Assembly: GCA_965276005.1 (NCBI GenBank)
Contig: OZ254962.1
Location: 2,564,455-2,628,454 of the forward strand
Direction: 5' to 3'
Length of the DNA stretch: 64,000 bases
From: Alphaproteobacteria bacterium
GTDB taxonomy: Bacteria; Pseudomonadota; Alphaproteobacteria; JAQWUY01
Of this stretch, positions 36,693 to 46,917 are shown one piece after another (the stretch's first letter is position 1; each line of letters begins with the position of its first letter). A model generated the notes under the pieces. The model was given only the letters and a program-made list of their open reading frames with translations. It was not told where the DNA came from and did no database searches. The position numbers and the translations under genes are program-made.

Positions 36693-37106
36693 ATGAATGT
36701 ACAATATATTACAGATAGCACAGGAGCAAAGATGGCTGTATTGCCCGCATCAGAGTTCGATAAATTGCAACGCATTAAGGCGATGTCCGATAACAATATG
36801 CAAGATAAATTGGATATTATGAGAGCAGACGAAATTATGCACCGTGTGCGTCAACATAACGAAGAACTTATACCAGACGAAGTGATGCGGAAAATTTATC
36901 AACAACGGCAAAATCGTATTCGTGTGTATCGTCAATGGCGTGGGTATCAAATTAATGAACTTGCCAATGTGATTGATATTACCCCGGGGTATTTGTCGAA
37001 CATAGAACGAGGGGTACGGGAAGGCACAATAACCGTGTACCAAAAACTCGCCAAAGCGTTACAAACAGATATTGAAAGCTTGTTGCCCCGTACGGAAATG
37101 TTATAA
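36693..37106 (+). CDS. HigA-like antitoxin / XRE-family HTH protein
   Basis: C-terminal HTH QINELANVIDITPGYLSNIERGVREGTITVYQKLAKAL; 13 bp after the toxin gene. Confidence 0.65.
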   Translation: MNVQYITDSTGAKMAVLPASEFDKLQRIKAMSDNNMQDKLDIMRADEIMHRVRQHNEELIPDEVMRKIYQQRQNRIRVYRQWRGYQINELANVIDITPGYLSNIERGVREGTITVYQKLAKALQTDIESLLPRTEML

Positions 37107-37257
37107 CTGTGCCGTTGTTGGTGGGGCATAAGCCCCTCGGACTCTGCCCCCTTTACTTACGCACCGATCCATGTATTGTAAATTTTTATATTTTTTATGG
37201 TTTGGTTGTGGTATAGTCGCACTGTAAACACTATACGATTTATGGAATAATATACAT

Positions 37258-38559
37258 ATGAAAATTGCAATCATTGGTACGGGAATATCGGGATTGGGGG
37301 TGGCGTACCTGCTGTCACGGTCGCACAATATCACTGTTTTTGAAAAAAATCCCTACATAGGCGGGCATAGCCGTACTATAGATATACCTGTGAATGGGGC
37401 TTCTGTGGCGGTAGATACCGGGTTTATCGTGTTTAACAATTGGAACTATCCCAATCTGATGGGGCTGTTCGATATGTTGCAAGTCCCCTATGTCAAAAGC
37501 AATATGGCGTTCGGTGCCAGTATCGATGACGGCTGGCTCGAATACGCATCGGGGGATTTGTTTGCTTTACGGAACATGGTTCGTCCTGCCTATTGGCGTA
37601 TGTTACAAAATATCGTCAAGTTCAATAAAACCGCTGTACAACATATCGAATCGGATACAAATGTAACTTTGGGGGCGTATTTGGACACTTTGCAAATGGA
37701 CGATTGGTTTAAAAAATACTACTTACTGGCTATGGGGGCGGCGATTTGGAGCTGTCCTATAAGTACTATTATGCAGTTTCCCGCCCGCACTTTTTTGCGG
37801 TTTTTTAAAAATCACGGCTTGCTCAGTATCAACAATCGCCCCCAATGGTACACCGTGCAAGGGGGCAGCCGCCAATATGTGCAACGCTTAATTGCCGGCT
37901 TTAAACACGCTATTAAAGTGGATTGTGGGGTTACCTCTGTAACCGCTAATCGCAACAAATGGGCGGTAACCGATACGCAGGGGAACACAGATATATACGA
38001 CCAAGTGGTATTTGCCTGTCATGCGGACGCCGCCACAGATATACTCAATACCGCTGCTCCATCGCCAATCAAGCACTTTGCCTATCAGCACAATCATATT
38101 GTCGTACACAGGGATACCAGCTTTATGCCAAAACACAAAAAATGTTGGTCGAGCTGGGTGTACTTATCGGAAAACCAAAACGATACCAAACCAGCCGTAT
38201 CACTCAGTTATTGGATGAACAGCCTACAACCCCTACAAACGGACACGCCGATTATTGTAACCCTAAATCCGGGGCGACAGCCAAAACCAGACCTGATATA
38301 CGATACACACACATTTTCCCACCCCATATTTGACAACACCGCCATTACCGCACAAACGCAGCTGCCGCAGATACAAGGCAAAAATGGACTGTGGTTTTGT
38401 GGGGCATATCACCGTTACGGTTTTCACGAAGACGGATTGTTAAGTGCGGTCGACATAGCACAAAAAATGGGAATCCGCATACCTTGGTACGGTGTCGACA
38501 CACCTAAACCGGCACTTAATGTAACAAAAAAAATGCAGGTCAGCACACCATGGGCATAA
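37258..38559 (+). CDS. FAD/NAD(P)-binding amine-oxidase-like oxidoreductase (first gene of the conserved CFA-synthase-like cluster)
   Basis: KIAIIGTGISGLGVAYLL Rossmann motif. Confidence 0.8.
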   Translation: MKIAIIGTGISGLGVAYLLSRSHNITVFEKNPYIGGHSRTIDIPVNGASVAVDTGFIVFNNWNYPNLMGLFDMLQVPYVKSNMAFGASIDDGWLEYASGDLFALRNMVRPAYWRMLQNIVKFNKTAVQHIESDTNVTLGAYLDTLQMDDWFKKYYLLAMGAAIWSCPISTIMQFPARTFLRFFKNHGLLSINNRPQWYTVQGGSRQYVQRLIAGFKHAIKVDCGVTSVTANRNKWAVTDTQGNTDIYDQVVFACHADAATDILNTAAPSPIKHFAYQHNHIVVHRDTSFMPKHKKCWSSWVYLSENQNDTKPAVSLSYWMNSLQPLQTDTPIIVTLNPGRQPKPDLIYDTHTFSHPIFDNTAITAQTQLPQIQGKNGLWFCGAYHRYGFHEDGLLSAVDIAQKMGIRIPWYGVDTPKPALNVTKKMQVSTPWA

Positions 38560-39371
38560 ACATACCAACCTTGCCCCAACCCCCGGCGATTACGCATCCG
38601 TCTATTATGTTCGGGCATGTGATGCACAAACGGTTACTGCCGAAAATAAACGGGTTTCGCTATCGTATTTATTACCTTGTGTTTGCCTTGTCGACACTTA
38701 AAACATCCGCCCCGCAAAAGTTTCCCATTGCCGTTAATCGCTTTGGGCTGCTCAGCTTTCATACAAAAGATCATGGCAACCGTAGCAAAACCGCCGATCT
38801 GGAACAATGGGTAAGGGATATATTACACCGATATAATGTTGTTTATGCAGACGGGGATATAGTGTTAATCACCTTGCCCCGAGTGCTGGGCTATGTGTTT
38901 AATCCGGTCAGCTTTTGGATATGTTACGACAAAAATAACACCGTCCGTGCCGTGTTGTGCGAAGTCAATAACACTTTTGGCGAAACCCACACATATTTAT
39001 GTACCCACCCGGACGGGGCGGAAATTCGGTCAAAACATGTGTTTGCCGGCGATAAAGTGTTCCATGTATCGCCATTTTTACAACGACAAGGGCACTACAC
39101 ATTTCGCTTCGACATATCGGACAAAAAATGTGGCATTTGGATAAACTATTTTAACGCAGACGGCAAAAAACAGTTGGTAACCGCCCTAAATGGCAATGTG
39201 CACCCGCTGCGGTTTGCCACTGTGCAAAAAGCCTTTTGGGCATACCCGCTAATGACTCTCAGAGCAATAGCCCTGATACATTGGCAAGCCCTAAAACTGT
39301 TGGCAAAGGGAATAAGATATGTCCCCCGACCCCGCCAAAAAACCGATAAAACCAGTACCACACACAGGTAA
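38550..39371 (+). CDS. DUF1365-family protein
   Basis: HVMHKRLLPKINGFRYRIYYLVF signature. Confidence 0.75.
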   Translation: MGINIPTLPQPPAITHPSIMFGHVMHKRLLPKINGFRYRIYYLVFALSTLKTSAPQKFPIAVNRFGLLSFHTKDHGNRSKTADLEQWVRDILHRYNVVYADGDIVLITLPRVLGYVFNPVSFWICYDKNNTVRAVLCEVNNTFGETHTYLCTHPDGAEIRSKHVFAGDKVFHVSPFLQRQGHYTFRFDISDKKCGIWINYFNADGKKQLVTALNGNVHPLRFATVQKAFWAYPLMTLRAIALIHWQALKLLAKGIRYVPRPRQKTDKTSTTHR

Positions 39372-39410
39372 TTTTACCCGTCAACCCTACTATTTGAATG
39401 AGGACGAACT

Positions 39411-40577
39411 ATGTATAACAAATGGATAATAGACACCGTATTAAAAAAATTAGACACCCTGTCGCACGGGCAATTAACGCTTGTAACCCCCGATGGTAAA
39501 ACCCGCACTTTTGTTGGTAAACAGGACGGCGACACGGCAACTTTGCACATGTACGATTGGAGCGTTATCCCCAATATAGTCAAGCGGGGCGACATTGGCT
39601 TTGCCGAAGGCTATCGACAGGGCAAATGGAGCACGGATAACTTGGTCGGGTTGCTGACGCTTGGGTTGGTCAATCGCACCGCCCTCGATGCGGTTATCGC
39701 CGGTCGCAAGTGGTCACGGACTTTGGCGGCGTTGTCGTATATGCTGAGGGTAAACACGCTCAGAGGCAGCCGTAAAAACATCCACGCCCACTATGATTTA
39801 GGCAATAGCTTTTATAAATTGTGGCTCGATAGCACGATGACTTATTCTTCGGCAATGTATAACAACGCAGATGACGATCTAAGCACCGCCCAACGCAACA
39901 AATACAATCGCATCGTACAACAAATGGACACCCCATCGGGTAAGGTGTTGGAAATCGGCAGTGGCTGGGGCGGTTTTGCCGAACACGCCTTGCAACAGGG
40001 CGATTTCGACATTAAGGGTATCACCCTGTCGACAGAGCAATTGGCATACAGCCAACAGCGGTTACAGCCGTATAAAACCGCCCATATGGCATTGGAAGAC
40101 TACCGCTTACAACAGGGTACATTTGACCGCATCGTGTCCATCGAGATGTTCGAGGCGGTGGGGGAAAAGTTCTGGAGTACCTACTTCCAAAAACTACAAT
40201 CGCTGTTAAAAAGCAATGGACGGGCGGTGATACAGGTGATTACCATGAACGATAAGGACTTTCCCCGCTATCGCAAAGGTGGCGACTTTATCCGCAGTTA
40301 TATTTTTCCCGGCGGTATGTTACCCAGTCCTTCAAAGTTTTCTGAACACGCTCGTAAAGCCGATTTGCACTGTGAAAATATTTATTGTTTTGGGCAACAT
40401 TATGCCCGCACTTTACAGACATGGCTGAACAATTTTGACGCCCGCCATTCACAGATTTTACAGCTGGGATTCGACGAAGGCTTTATGCGGTTGTGGCGGT
40501 TTTATTTGGCGGGCTGTATTGCCGGCTTTAAAACCGGGCGTACCGATGTGATGCAGGTGGATTTGGTGCATGCGTAA
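39411..40577 (+). CDS. Cyclopropane-fatty-acyl-phospholipid synthase-family SAM methyltransferase
   Basis: VLEIGSGWGGFAEHA SAM motif; 388 aa. Confidence 0.85.
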   Translation: MYNKWIIDTVLKKLDTLSHGQLTLVTPDGKTRTFVGKQDGDTATLHMYDWSVIPNIVKRGDIGFAEGYRQGKWSTDNLVGLLTLGLVNRTALDAVIAGRKWSRTLAALSYMLRVNTLRGSRKNIHAHYDLGNSFYKLWLDSTMTYSSAMYNNADDDLSTAQRNKYNRIVQQMDTPSGKVLEIGSGWGGFAEHALQQGDFDIKGITLSTEQLAYSQQRLQPYKTAHMALEDYRLQQGTFDRIVSIEMFEAVGEKFWSTYFQKLQSLLKSNGRAVIQVITMNDKDFPRYRKGGDFIRSYIFPGGMLPSPSKFSEHARKADLHCENIYCFGQHYARTLQTWLNNFDARHSQILQLGFDEGFMRLWRFYLAGCIAGFKTGRTDVMQVDLVHA

Positions 40578-41091
40578 AGTATCGTTGGGTATAGGTATAG
40601 GGCTGTACATATTGGCGGCGATGTCCGCCCATGCCATCGATTTTATAAAACCGTTCGTCCCTGAGTATAAACAGGTAGGACAAGGCACTTTCAAAGTTAC
40701 CGTTATGAAAGTATATGATGCCTTTTTGTACGCCCCTAATGGAGTGTGGCGGGCGGATAGCCCTTTTGCGTTACAGCTGGTGTATGCCTTAAACCTATCG
40801 GGCAACCGTATCGCCGATAGCACCATTACACAAATGCAAAAACAAGGGGCTACGGATACGCTGCAGCTGGACAATTGGCGTCTGCAAATGGTCGATATAT
40901 TTCCCGATGTAACAAAAGGTATGTCGCTGACCGGCGTATACACCGCCACAGGGGCAACCGTATTTTTTCAAGACAACAAACACATCGGCACCATCACAGA
41001 GCCTGCATTTGGTAAACGGTTTTTTCATATATGGTTGGGACAAAATACCACCGCCCCCAAGTTACGCAAAAAATTATTGGGAGAGCAGTAA
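40570..41091 (+). CDS. Secreted chalcone-isomerase-like protein
   Basis: Signal peptide; conserved position in this cluster. Weak call. Confidence 0.4.
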   Translation: MRKVSLGIGIGLYILAAMSAHAIDFIKPFVPEYKQVGQGTFKVTVMKVYDAFLYAPNGVWRADSPFALQLVYALNLSGNRIADSTITQMQKQGATDTLQLDNWRLQMVDIFPDVTKGMSLTGVYTATGATVFFQDNKHIGTITEPAFGKRFFHIWLGQNTTAPKLRKKLLGEQ

Positions 41092-42384
41092 ATGTACCCA
41101 TTGCCCCGAAAATCGTTGTTATACTATGGATTTATGGCGTTGCCGTTGGCGTTTGCCGGCGTGCCTTTATATATGCACATGCCCACATTTTACAGCGGCA
41201 CATTTGCAATCGACATAGGCATTTTGGGGGTTGTGCTGTTGTCTATCCGCATGTTTGACGCCGTCCAAGACCCGTTTATCGGTTACATATGCGACAAACA
41301 CTATCGCCACCGCTTGGCAATTATGATGGGCGGTATTGTCGCATTGGTGTTGGGCTTGGGCGGGTTGTCTGCGGGTCCCATAGCCCCCATATCGGCGATT
41401 GTATGGTTTGCGGTGTGTATGATTTTGGCAACCACAGGGTTTAGTATTGCCAGTGTAAACTTAAACACCATCGGCGGGCTGTGGCAGACGCAACAAGCAG
41501 AGTATACTCGTATTTCCGCATGGCGGGAGGCATTTGGCTTGTTGGGGCTTATCCTAGCGTCCATATTACCAACCGTGTTACAACGCTATTTTGTCATTAA
41601 CACCGCCTTTGTTGTCAGCTTTATCGCCTTTGTTGGCTTGGTAGCGTGGGCGGTTGTGTGGTTTGTGCGACTAATGGGTACCTTATCACATCCTCCCCGC
41701 CCTATGTCGCAAACGGTGCAGCTACGGCATATTTTACGGATTTTTGACCGCAGCAATCGGGTATTTTTTACTATTTGTTTGTTGTCTTATATATCCGCCA
41801 GCTTACCGGCGGTATTGGTGTTATTGTTTATCGAGTACCATTTAAATGCCGTTGCCTTTGCGGGGGTGTTTTTGTTGCTGTATTTTGTGGCTGGGGCGGC
41901 GTTTATGGGGGCTTGGATAAAAATATCGCAAAGGTATGGGGCGGTAGCCACTTGGCAATACGCTATGATACTGTCTGTGGTTACCTTTTTTAGTGCGGTG
42001 TTTTTGCAGCCCGGCGATGTGGTATTTTACGGGCTTGTTTGTATTGCATCGGGGGTGGCATTGGGGGCGGATATAGCGTTGCCGCCGGCTATTATTGCCC
42101 ATCGCATAAACCGCAGCAACAGCCAATCGCAGGCAACCCAGTATTATGCGGTATTGGCATTTTTATCAAAAATGGCACTGGCGATAGCGGCAGGGGTGGG
42201 ATTCGTTATGCTGGACGCAACAGGTTTTCGTGCCAATACACCACTTGCGGATAGCACCGCTGTGGTGTTATTGGCGTTATATGCCGCTATTCCTTGCGGT
42301 ATCCGTATTGTGGCGGTGATTGCCATATGGATTTTTAAAAAACAGGAGACATACTATGACGCATATAGGGAAAAACATGTGTAA
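41092..42384 (+). CDS. MFS-family transporter (12 TM)
   Basis: Hydrophobic repeat architecture, 430 aa. Confidence 0.7.
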   Translation: MYPLPRKSLLYYGFMALPLAFAGVPLYMHMPTFYSGTFAIDIGILGVVLLSIRMFDAVQDPFIGYICDKHYRHRLAIMMGGIVALVLGLGGLSAGPIAPISAIVWFAVCMILATTGFSIASVNLNTIGGLWQTQQAEYTRISAWREAFGLLGLILASILPTVLQRYFVINTAFVVSFIAFVGLVAWAVVWFVRLMGTLSHPPRPMSQTVQLRHILRIFDRSNRVFFTICLLSYISASLPAVLVLLFIEYHLNAVAFAGVFLLLYFVAGAAFMGAWIKISQRYGAVATWQYAMILSVVTFFSAVFLQPGDVVFYGLVCIASGVALGADIALPPAIIAHRINRSNSQSQATQYYAVLAFLSKMALAIAAGVGFVMLDATGFRANTPLADSTAVVLLALYAAIPCGIRIVAVIAIWIFKKQETYYDAYREKHV

Positions 42385-42934
42385 GATTCGTTGTAACATT
42401 TTGAAAGGACTAAGCATTATGGGTATACTGACATTTTTAACCGGGTGTTTTGGCGGTGATGATTTAAACAATTACACCAATGCACAACCCAAATTCGACT
42501 TGCAACACTATTTTAGTGGCAACATCAAAGCGTGGGGCATCGTGCAAGACTATACGGGCAAGGTAACCCGCCGTTTTGATGTGGACTTGGTAGGCACTTG
42601 GGACGGCAACACGGGGGTGTTGGATGAAGTGTTCGAGTACTATGATGGGGAGACGCAAAACCGCATTTGGACAATTACCAAGATCGACGACAGCACCTAT
42701 ACCGGTACCGCTGGCGATATTGTTGGCACTGCTACGGGTAAAGTGTCCGGCAACGCTATGCAATGGGCGTATCAAATGGATTTACAAGTGGGGGATAAAA
42801 CCTATCGCATTACTTTTGACGACTGGATGTTTTTGATGAACGATGGGGTATTGGTTAATCGCTCGTACTTGAAAAAATTCGGCTTTACCGTTGGCGAATT
42901 GACGCTGTTTATGCAAAAACAGGACAGCCCATAA
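42356..42934 (+). CDS. DUF3833-like lipoprotein
   Basis: AGGAGA RBS before the ATG at 42356; lipobox LTGC; conserved cluster position. Confidence 0.45.
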   Translation: MTHIGKNMCKIRCNILKGLSIMGILTFLTGCFGGDDLNNYTNAQPKFDLQHYFSGNIKAWGIVQDYTGKVTRRFDVDLVGTWDGNTGVLDEVFEYYDGETQNRIWTITKIDDSTYTGTAGDIVGTATGKVSGNAMQWAYQMDLQVGDKTYRITFDDWMFLMNDGVLVNRSYLKKFGFTVGELTLFMQKQDSP

Positions 42935-43677
42935 TGTACACAGGTAAAAACATCTGGATACTAGGTGCCAGCAGTGGCATCGGGCGGGCACTAGCGGTGG
43001 CTTTGTCGCAGCAAGGGGCACACTTGGTGTTGTCCGCCCGCTCTGAATCCGCATTACACGATGTGAATGCAGAACTAGGCGGGGGGCATCATGTGGTGGT
43101 TTGCGATGTGGGCGATTTGCCATCGGTCGCCACCGCTGCCGCTATGGTGCAGAATGTATTTGACACTGTCGATAGCGTGGTGCTGTTATCTGCCCTGTAC
43201 AGCCCCACCAGTTGCGATAGTTTGCACATTGCCGAAATGGAAAAAATGGTACAGGTGAATGTTATGGGGGCGTTTTATGTGGTACATGCGGTGCTGCCTA
43301 TTTTGCAGCAACAAAAGCACGGGCAACTGGCACTATGTGCTAGTGTTGCCGGATTTAGGGGGTTGCCCAACGGGCAACCGTACAGTGCCACCAAAGCGGC
43401 GATAATCAATTTGGCAGAATCGCTAAAATCAGAAAATCCCCAGTTGGACATTAAGCTGATAAATCCCGGCTTTGTCCGCACCCCGTTAACCGATAAAAAC
43501 AGGTTTAAAATGCCGATGATAATATCCCCCGAACGGGCGGCAAAACACCTTGCTAGCGGTCTGCAAACAAAGCATTTTGAAATTCATTTTCCCAAGAGAT
43601 TTACCCGCCTGATGAAATGTATAAGCCGCTTGCCGTATGGGCTATATTTTAAAATAACTGCCAGAATAAAGGGGTAA
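42934..43677 (+). CDS. Short-chain dehydrogenase/reductase (SDR)
   Basis: ILGASSGIGRALA, YSATKAA catalytic motif. Confidence 0.85.
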   Translation: MYTGKNIWILGASSGIGRALAVALSQQGAHLVLSARSESALHDVNAELGGGHHVVVCDVGDLPSVATAAAMVQNVFDTVDSVVLLSALYSPTSCDSLHIAEMEKMVQVNVMGAFYVVHAVLPILQQQKHGQLALCASVAGFRGLPNGQPYSATKAAIINLAESLKSENPQLDIKLINPGFVRTPLTDKNRFKMPMIISPERAAKHLASGLQTKHFEIHFPKRFTRLMKCISRLPYGLYFKITARIKG

Positions 43678-43811
43678 ATACAGTGTATGCTGGTATACCC
43701 TATATTTCGTCAATTTATATGTATACCATTGACGATTTTATCGCTGATGTTGTTGGCGTTGTGTTAGTTTCATTGGCGTTTTATTGGTGTCATTAGCGTA
43801 ATACCTAAAAA

Positions 43812-43851
43812 ACGCCAACCGTATGACTTCGTAAAATGCTACGGTTGGCGT
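43812..43851. repeat. 12-bp perfect inverted repeat (ACGCCAACCGTA...TACGGTTGGCGT) with 16-nt loop, preceded by TTGGCGTT direct repeats
   Basis: Seen directly in the 43.7-44.2 kb intergenic region. Confidence 0.6.
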
Positions 43852-44084
43852 GTAAAACAGTATATGGGTGCTATTTGGGGTCGTCAATTATAAGAATAAA
43901 GGCATTCATGTAAAAGATAGTACATTTTGCGGAAAAATGCACCACAGCGGGATTTTATCTAGTATATTGGTAGTGTAGCAATTAGGACTTGCTACAATTT
44001 CTCTCTGAAAATCGTTCCTATTGGATATGTTTTGTTTATGTGTTCCAATGTAGGCATTATATATCATACTAATAAAAACTCAAT

Positions 44085-44111
44085 CCCCCCAAAATCGGGG
44101 GGTATTTTTTT
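44085..44111 (+). terminator. Hairpin CCCCCC-aaaatc-GGGGGG followed by T7 (Rho-independent terminator-like, plus-strand orientation)
   Basis: Seen directly; no convincing upstream plus-strand gene within 400 bp, so it may terminate an sRNA. Confidence 0.5.
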
Positions 44112-44163
44112 GCGGGTATATATTGTTGTTTGCCTGTGTATGTTACCCCCATATATTATACCC

Positions 44164-45177
44164 CTATATATCAAGAGTCGTCCCCCTATGCACGGGGACA
44201 ATTTTTTGACGAATGGTAACATATGGAGTGTCTTTGTCTTGTAGCCTTTGGGTTAAGGTGTGTACCACTTGCTGCATTTGCCACGCCACATCCTGTTTGA
44301 TGGTCGACAATCGATACGCATGCCAGCTGGCTTGTTCAATATCGTCAAAACCGACAATTTGTATGTGTTGGGGGATTTTGACGCCTTGTTTTTTTAATCC
44401 ATCGTATATACCCAGTGCTAATAAATCTGTGGGGACAAACACACCGTGTAAGGGGGTGTGTTTGATAAACCGTGCCATTTCGGCGGCGATGTCAAAGCCC
44501 ATTATATATTGAGAGGTGCGGGCGTAAAAACAGTGTACCGTTACACGGTGGCGGTGGCATATATTTTTGAATGCTTCGATTCTGCCGCATATGGAATAGG
44601 AGTGCTCTTGTACTTCGATAACCGCTAAATGGTGTTGAGATGTGGGATTTAACATGTCAAATGCGGTCTGCCCACATGTGTTAAAATCCAGTTCGATACG
44701 GTCTACGCCCTGTTTTTCATAGGAGCGATTGATAAAAATGACCGGAATGTTAAATTGGTGGCACTTGTCGACAACATGCACTGGCGGTGTGTCCGAAGTT
44801 ACAATAAACCCAGATACTCGATAGCCGAATAAATCCGAAAACATGTGTTGGCACTTGGGGCTGTCCGTATTTAAGATAATCGGGCGAAACCCCGCATTGA
44901 GGAGGTATTCGGTCAATATAGATAGCTGCTTCGAACGATACGGCGTGTGCAGACGATTGGCAAGCACACAGACAAAATGCGAGTGGTGGTTTTTTAAATC
45001 ACGGGCAAGATAATTGACTTGGTACCCCAGTTCTTGAGCGGCGGCGATAACTTTTTTACGGGTCTTTTCGGAAATGTTTGCCCCCGGTGTAAATGCCCGG
45101 GACACTGCCGATCGAGAGACGCCGGCGTGCTTGGCTACATCAAAAGATGTGATTTTATGGGTGTTGTTTTTCGACAT
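44164..45177 (-). CDS. LacI-family transcriptional regulator
   Basis: N-terminal HTH ITSFDVAKHAGVSRSAVSRAF, periplasmic-binding-fold body. Confidence 0.85.
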   Translation of the reverse strand: MSKNNTHKITSFDVAKHAGVSRSAVSRAFTPGANISEKTRKKVIAAAQELGYQVNYLARDLKNHHSHFVCVLANRLHTPYRSKQLSILTEYLLNAGFRPIILNTDSPKCQHMFSDLFGYRVSGFIVTSDTPPVHVVDKCHQFNIPVIFINRSYEKQGVDRIELDFNTCGQTAFDMLNPTSQHHLAVIEVQEHSYSICGRIEAFKNICHRHRVTVHCFYARTSQYIMGFDIAAEMARFIKHTPLHGVFVPTDLLALGIYDGLKKQGVKIPQHIQIVGFDDIEQASWHAYRLSTIKQDVAWQMQQVVHTLTQRLQDKDTPYVTIRQKIVPVHRGTTLDI

Positions 45178-45373
45178 AGTTCTTACATATTTTCTCAACG
45201 GGTATGCTTTAAAATTGGGCTTGACAATATCATACCATATATAGAATATCCATATAAAAATATGTATATATATAACAACATACTTTTTGTTGCCATTGAC
45301 ATACTAAATAAATCTTGCTATACAGGTATAAACCGTGTTAAAAAGCAACCAAAATTCTATGAGGAGAAAAAGT

Positions 45374-46357
45374 ATGAGAGCTTTAAAAACTGTGATAAAA
45401 TGTCTGGCAACTGTTACTGTGGCGTTTGCTACGGGTATGGGGGCGTATGCGGGTCCCAAACAGGTTGTCGATAAAATCCATTTCTTGATTCCCGGCGGTG
45501 CTGGTGGGGGGTGGGACGGTACCGCTCGTGGTACCGGCGAAGCGTTGACCAAATCCGGCTTGGTGGGGTCTGCTTCCTATGAAAATATGTCCGGTGGCGG
45601 TGGCGGTAAAGCCATTGGCTACTTGATTGAAAACGCCAAATCCAATTATGGTACGCTGATGGTTAATTCGACGCCGATTGTCATTCGCTCGCTAACCGGG
45701 GTATTTCCCCAAAACTTTCGTGATTTAACTTTGGTTGCGGGCACTATTGGCGATTATGCCGCATTGGTTGTCGACAAAGACAGTCCCTTAAATTCTATGG
45801 CGGACTTAGTGCGGGCGTATGAGAACGACCCACGGGGTACGGCAATCGGTGGTGGCTCTGTGCCCGGCGGTATGGATCACTTGGTTGCGGCAATGGTGAT
45901 GGAGGCGGCAGGGCATGACGCCACCAGAGTAAAATACATCGCTTACGATGCGGGGGGTAAGGCTATGGCGGCGTTGCTGTCGGGGGAAATTAAAGCCCTG
46001 TCCACAGGTTTTTCCGAAGCCGTAGAAATGGCAAAAGCCGGCGAGGTGAAAATTCTTGGCGTAACAGCGGACAAGCCGATCGCCGGATTCGAACAATACC
46101 CAACCATGAAAGCACAAGGTCTGAACACCAGCTTTGTCAATTGGCGTGGGTTTTTTGCTGCCCCGGGTCTGCCTACAGATACTTTGCGAGCGTATCAAGC
46201 CGCATTGACCAAAATGTACGACACCCCCGAATGGGAAGCGGTGCGGGCAAGAAACGGCTGGGTAAATATCCACAATTCGGGCTATGATTTTCGGGTGTTC
46301 CTAGAAAATCAAGAAAAAGTTATTAGCGACCTGATGAAAAAACTAGGGTTTTTGTAA
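45374..46357 (+). CDS. tctC: Tripartite tricarboxylate transporter substrate-binding protein TctC (Bug family)
   Basis: Signal peptide; GAGGAGA RBS; tctB/tctA follow. Confidence 0.85.
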   Translation: MRALKTVIKCLATVTVAFATGMGAYAGPKQVVDKIHFLIPGGAGGGWDGTARGTGEALTKSGLVGSASYENMSGGGGGKAIGYLIENAKSNYGTLMVNSTPIVIRSLTGVFPQNFRDLTLVAGTIGDYAALVVDKDSPLNSMADLVRAYENDPRGTAIGGGSVPGGMDHLVAAMVMEAAGHDATRVKYIAYDAGGKAMAALLSGEIKALSTGFSEAVEMAKAGEVKILGVTADKPIAGFEQYPTMKAQGLNTSFVNWRGFFAAPGLPTDTLRAYQAALTKMYDTPEWEAVRARNGWVNIHNSGYDFRVFLENQEKVISDLMKKLGFL

Positions 46358-46421
46358 ATCTGTGCTAAATACAACATGGCGGGGGCGTTTTCCCGCCATT
46401 TGCGGTATGGGGATCTAAAAA

Positions 46422-46916
46422 ATGACTTGGAAACTGGATCGTTGGATTGCTTTGATTATCCTGATGGTGTGTATTGTTTATGGGTATACGGCATTTTTTA
46501 CTATGGACGACAGCTTGCCACCATTTATGCGGTTTAATCCCATTTGGCCTTCCACATTTCCCAAACTGTTATCGATACTCGGTATTATATGTGCGTTGGT
46601 GATTGTCTTGGGGTTGGAACGAGACCCCACCGATGCCAAACATGCGGATATTGATTATCGGCGATTGGGCGATTATAAATTGGGGCAAGCGGTCGGGCTG
46701 CTGGTGTTGATGGTGGTGTATGCGTTTGCGTTGCGACCGCTGGGCTTTATCGGTGCCACTGTTGGTTTTTTGATACTGGGCAGTGCGGTGCTAGGTGAAC
46801 GCACTGTGTATATTATGGTGCCAACGGCGGTGGTTGCCACTGGGGCGGTGTGGTACTTGGTCGATAGGGTGTTGGGTATTTATTTATCGCCATTGCCCAC
46901 AGTATTTGGGGGGTGA
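46422..46916 (+). CDS. tctB: TctB small membrane subunit
   Basis: 164 aa, 4 TM, position. Confidence 0.7.
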   Translation: MTWKLDRWIALIILMVCIVYGYTAFFTMDDSLPPFMRFNPIWPSTFPKLLSILGIICALVIVLGLERDPTDAKHADIDYRRLGDYKLGQAVGLLVLMVVYAFALRPLGFIGATVGFLILGSAVLGERTVYIMVPTAVVATGAVWYLVDRVLGIYLSPLPTVFGG

Positions 46917-46917
46917 T

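Noticed and set aside
44032-44244. ORF 44032..44244 (+), 70 aa
   Set aside because: It overlaps the terminator hairpin and the lacI 3' end, and has no RBS.
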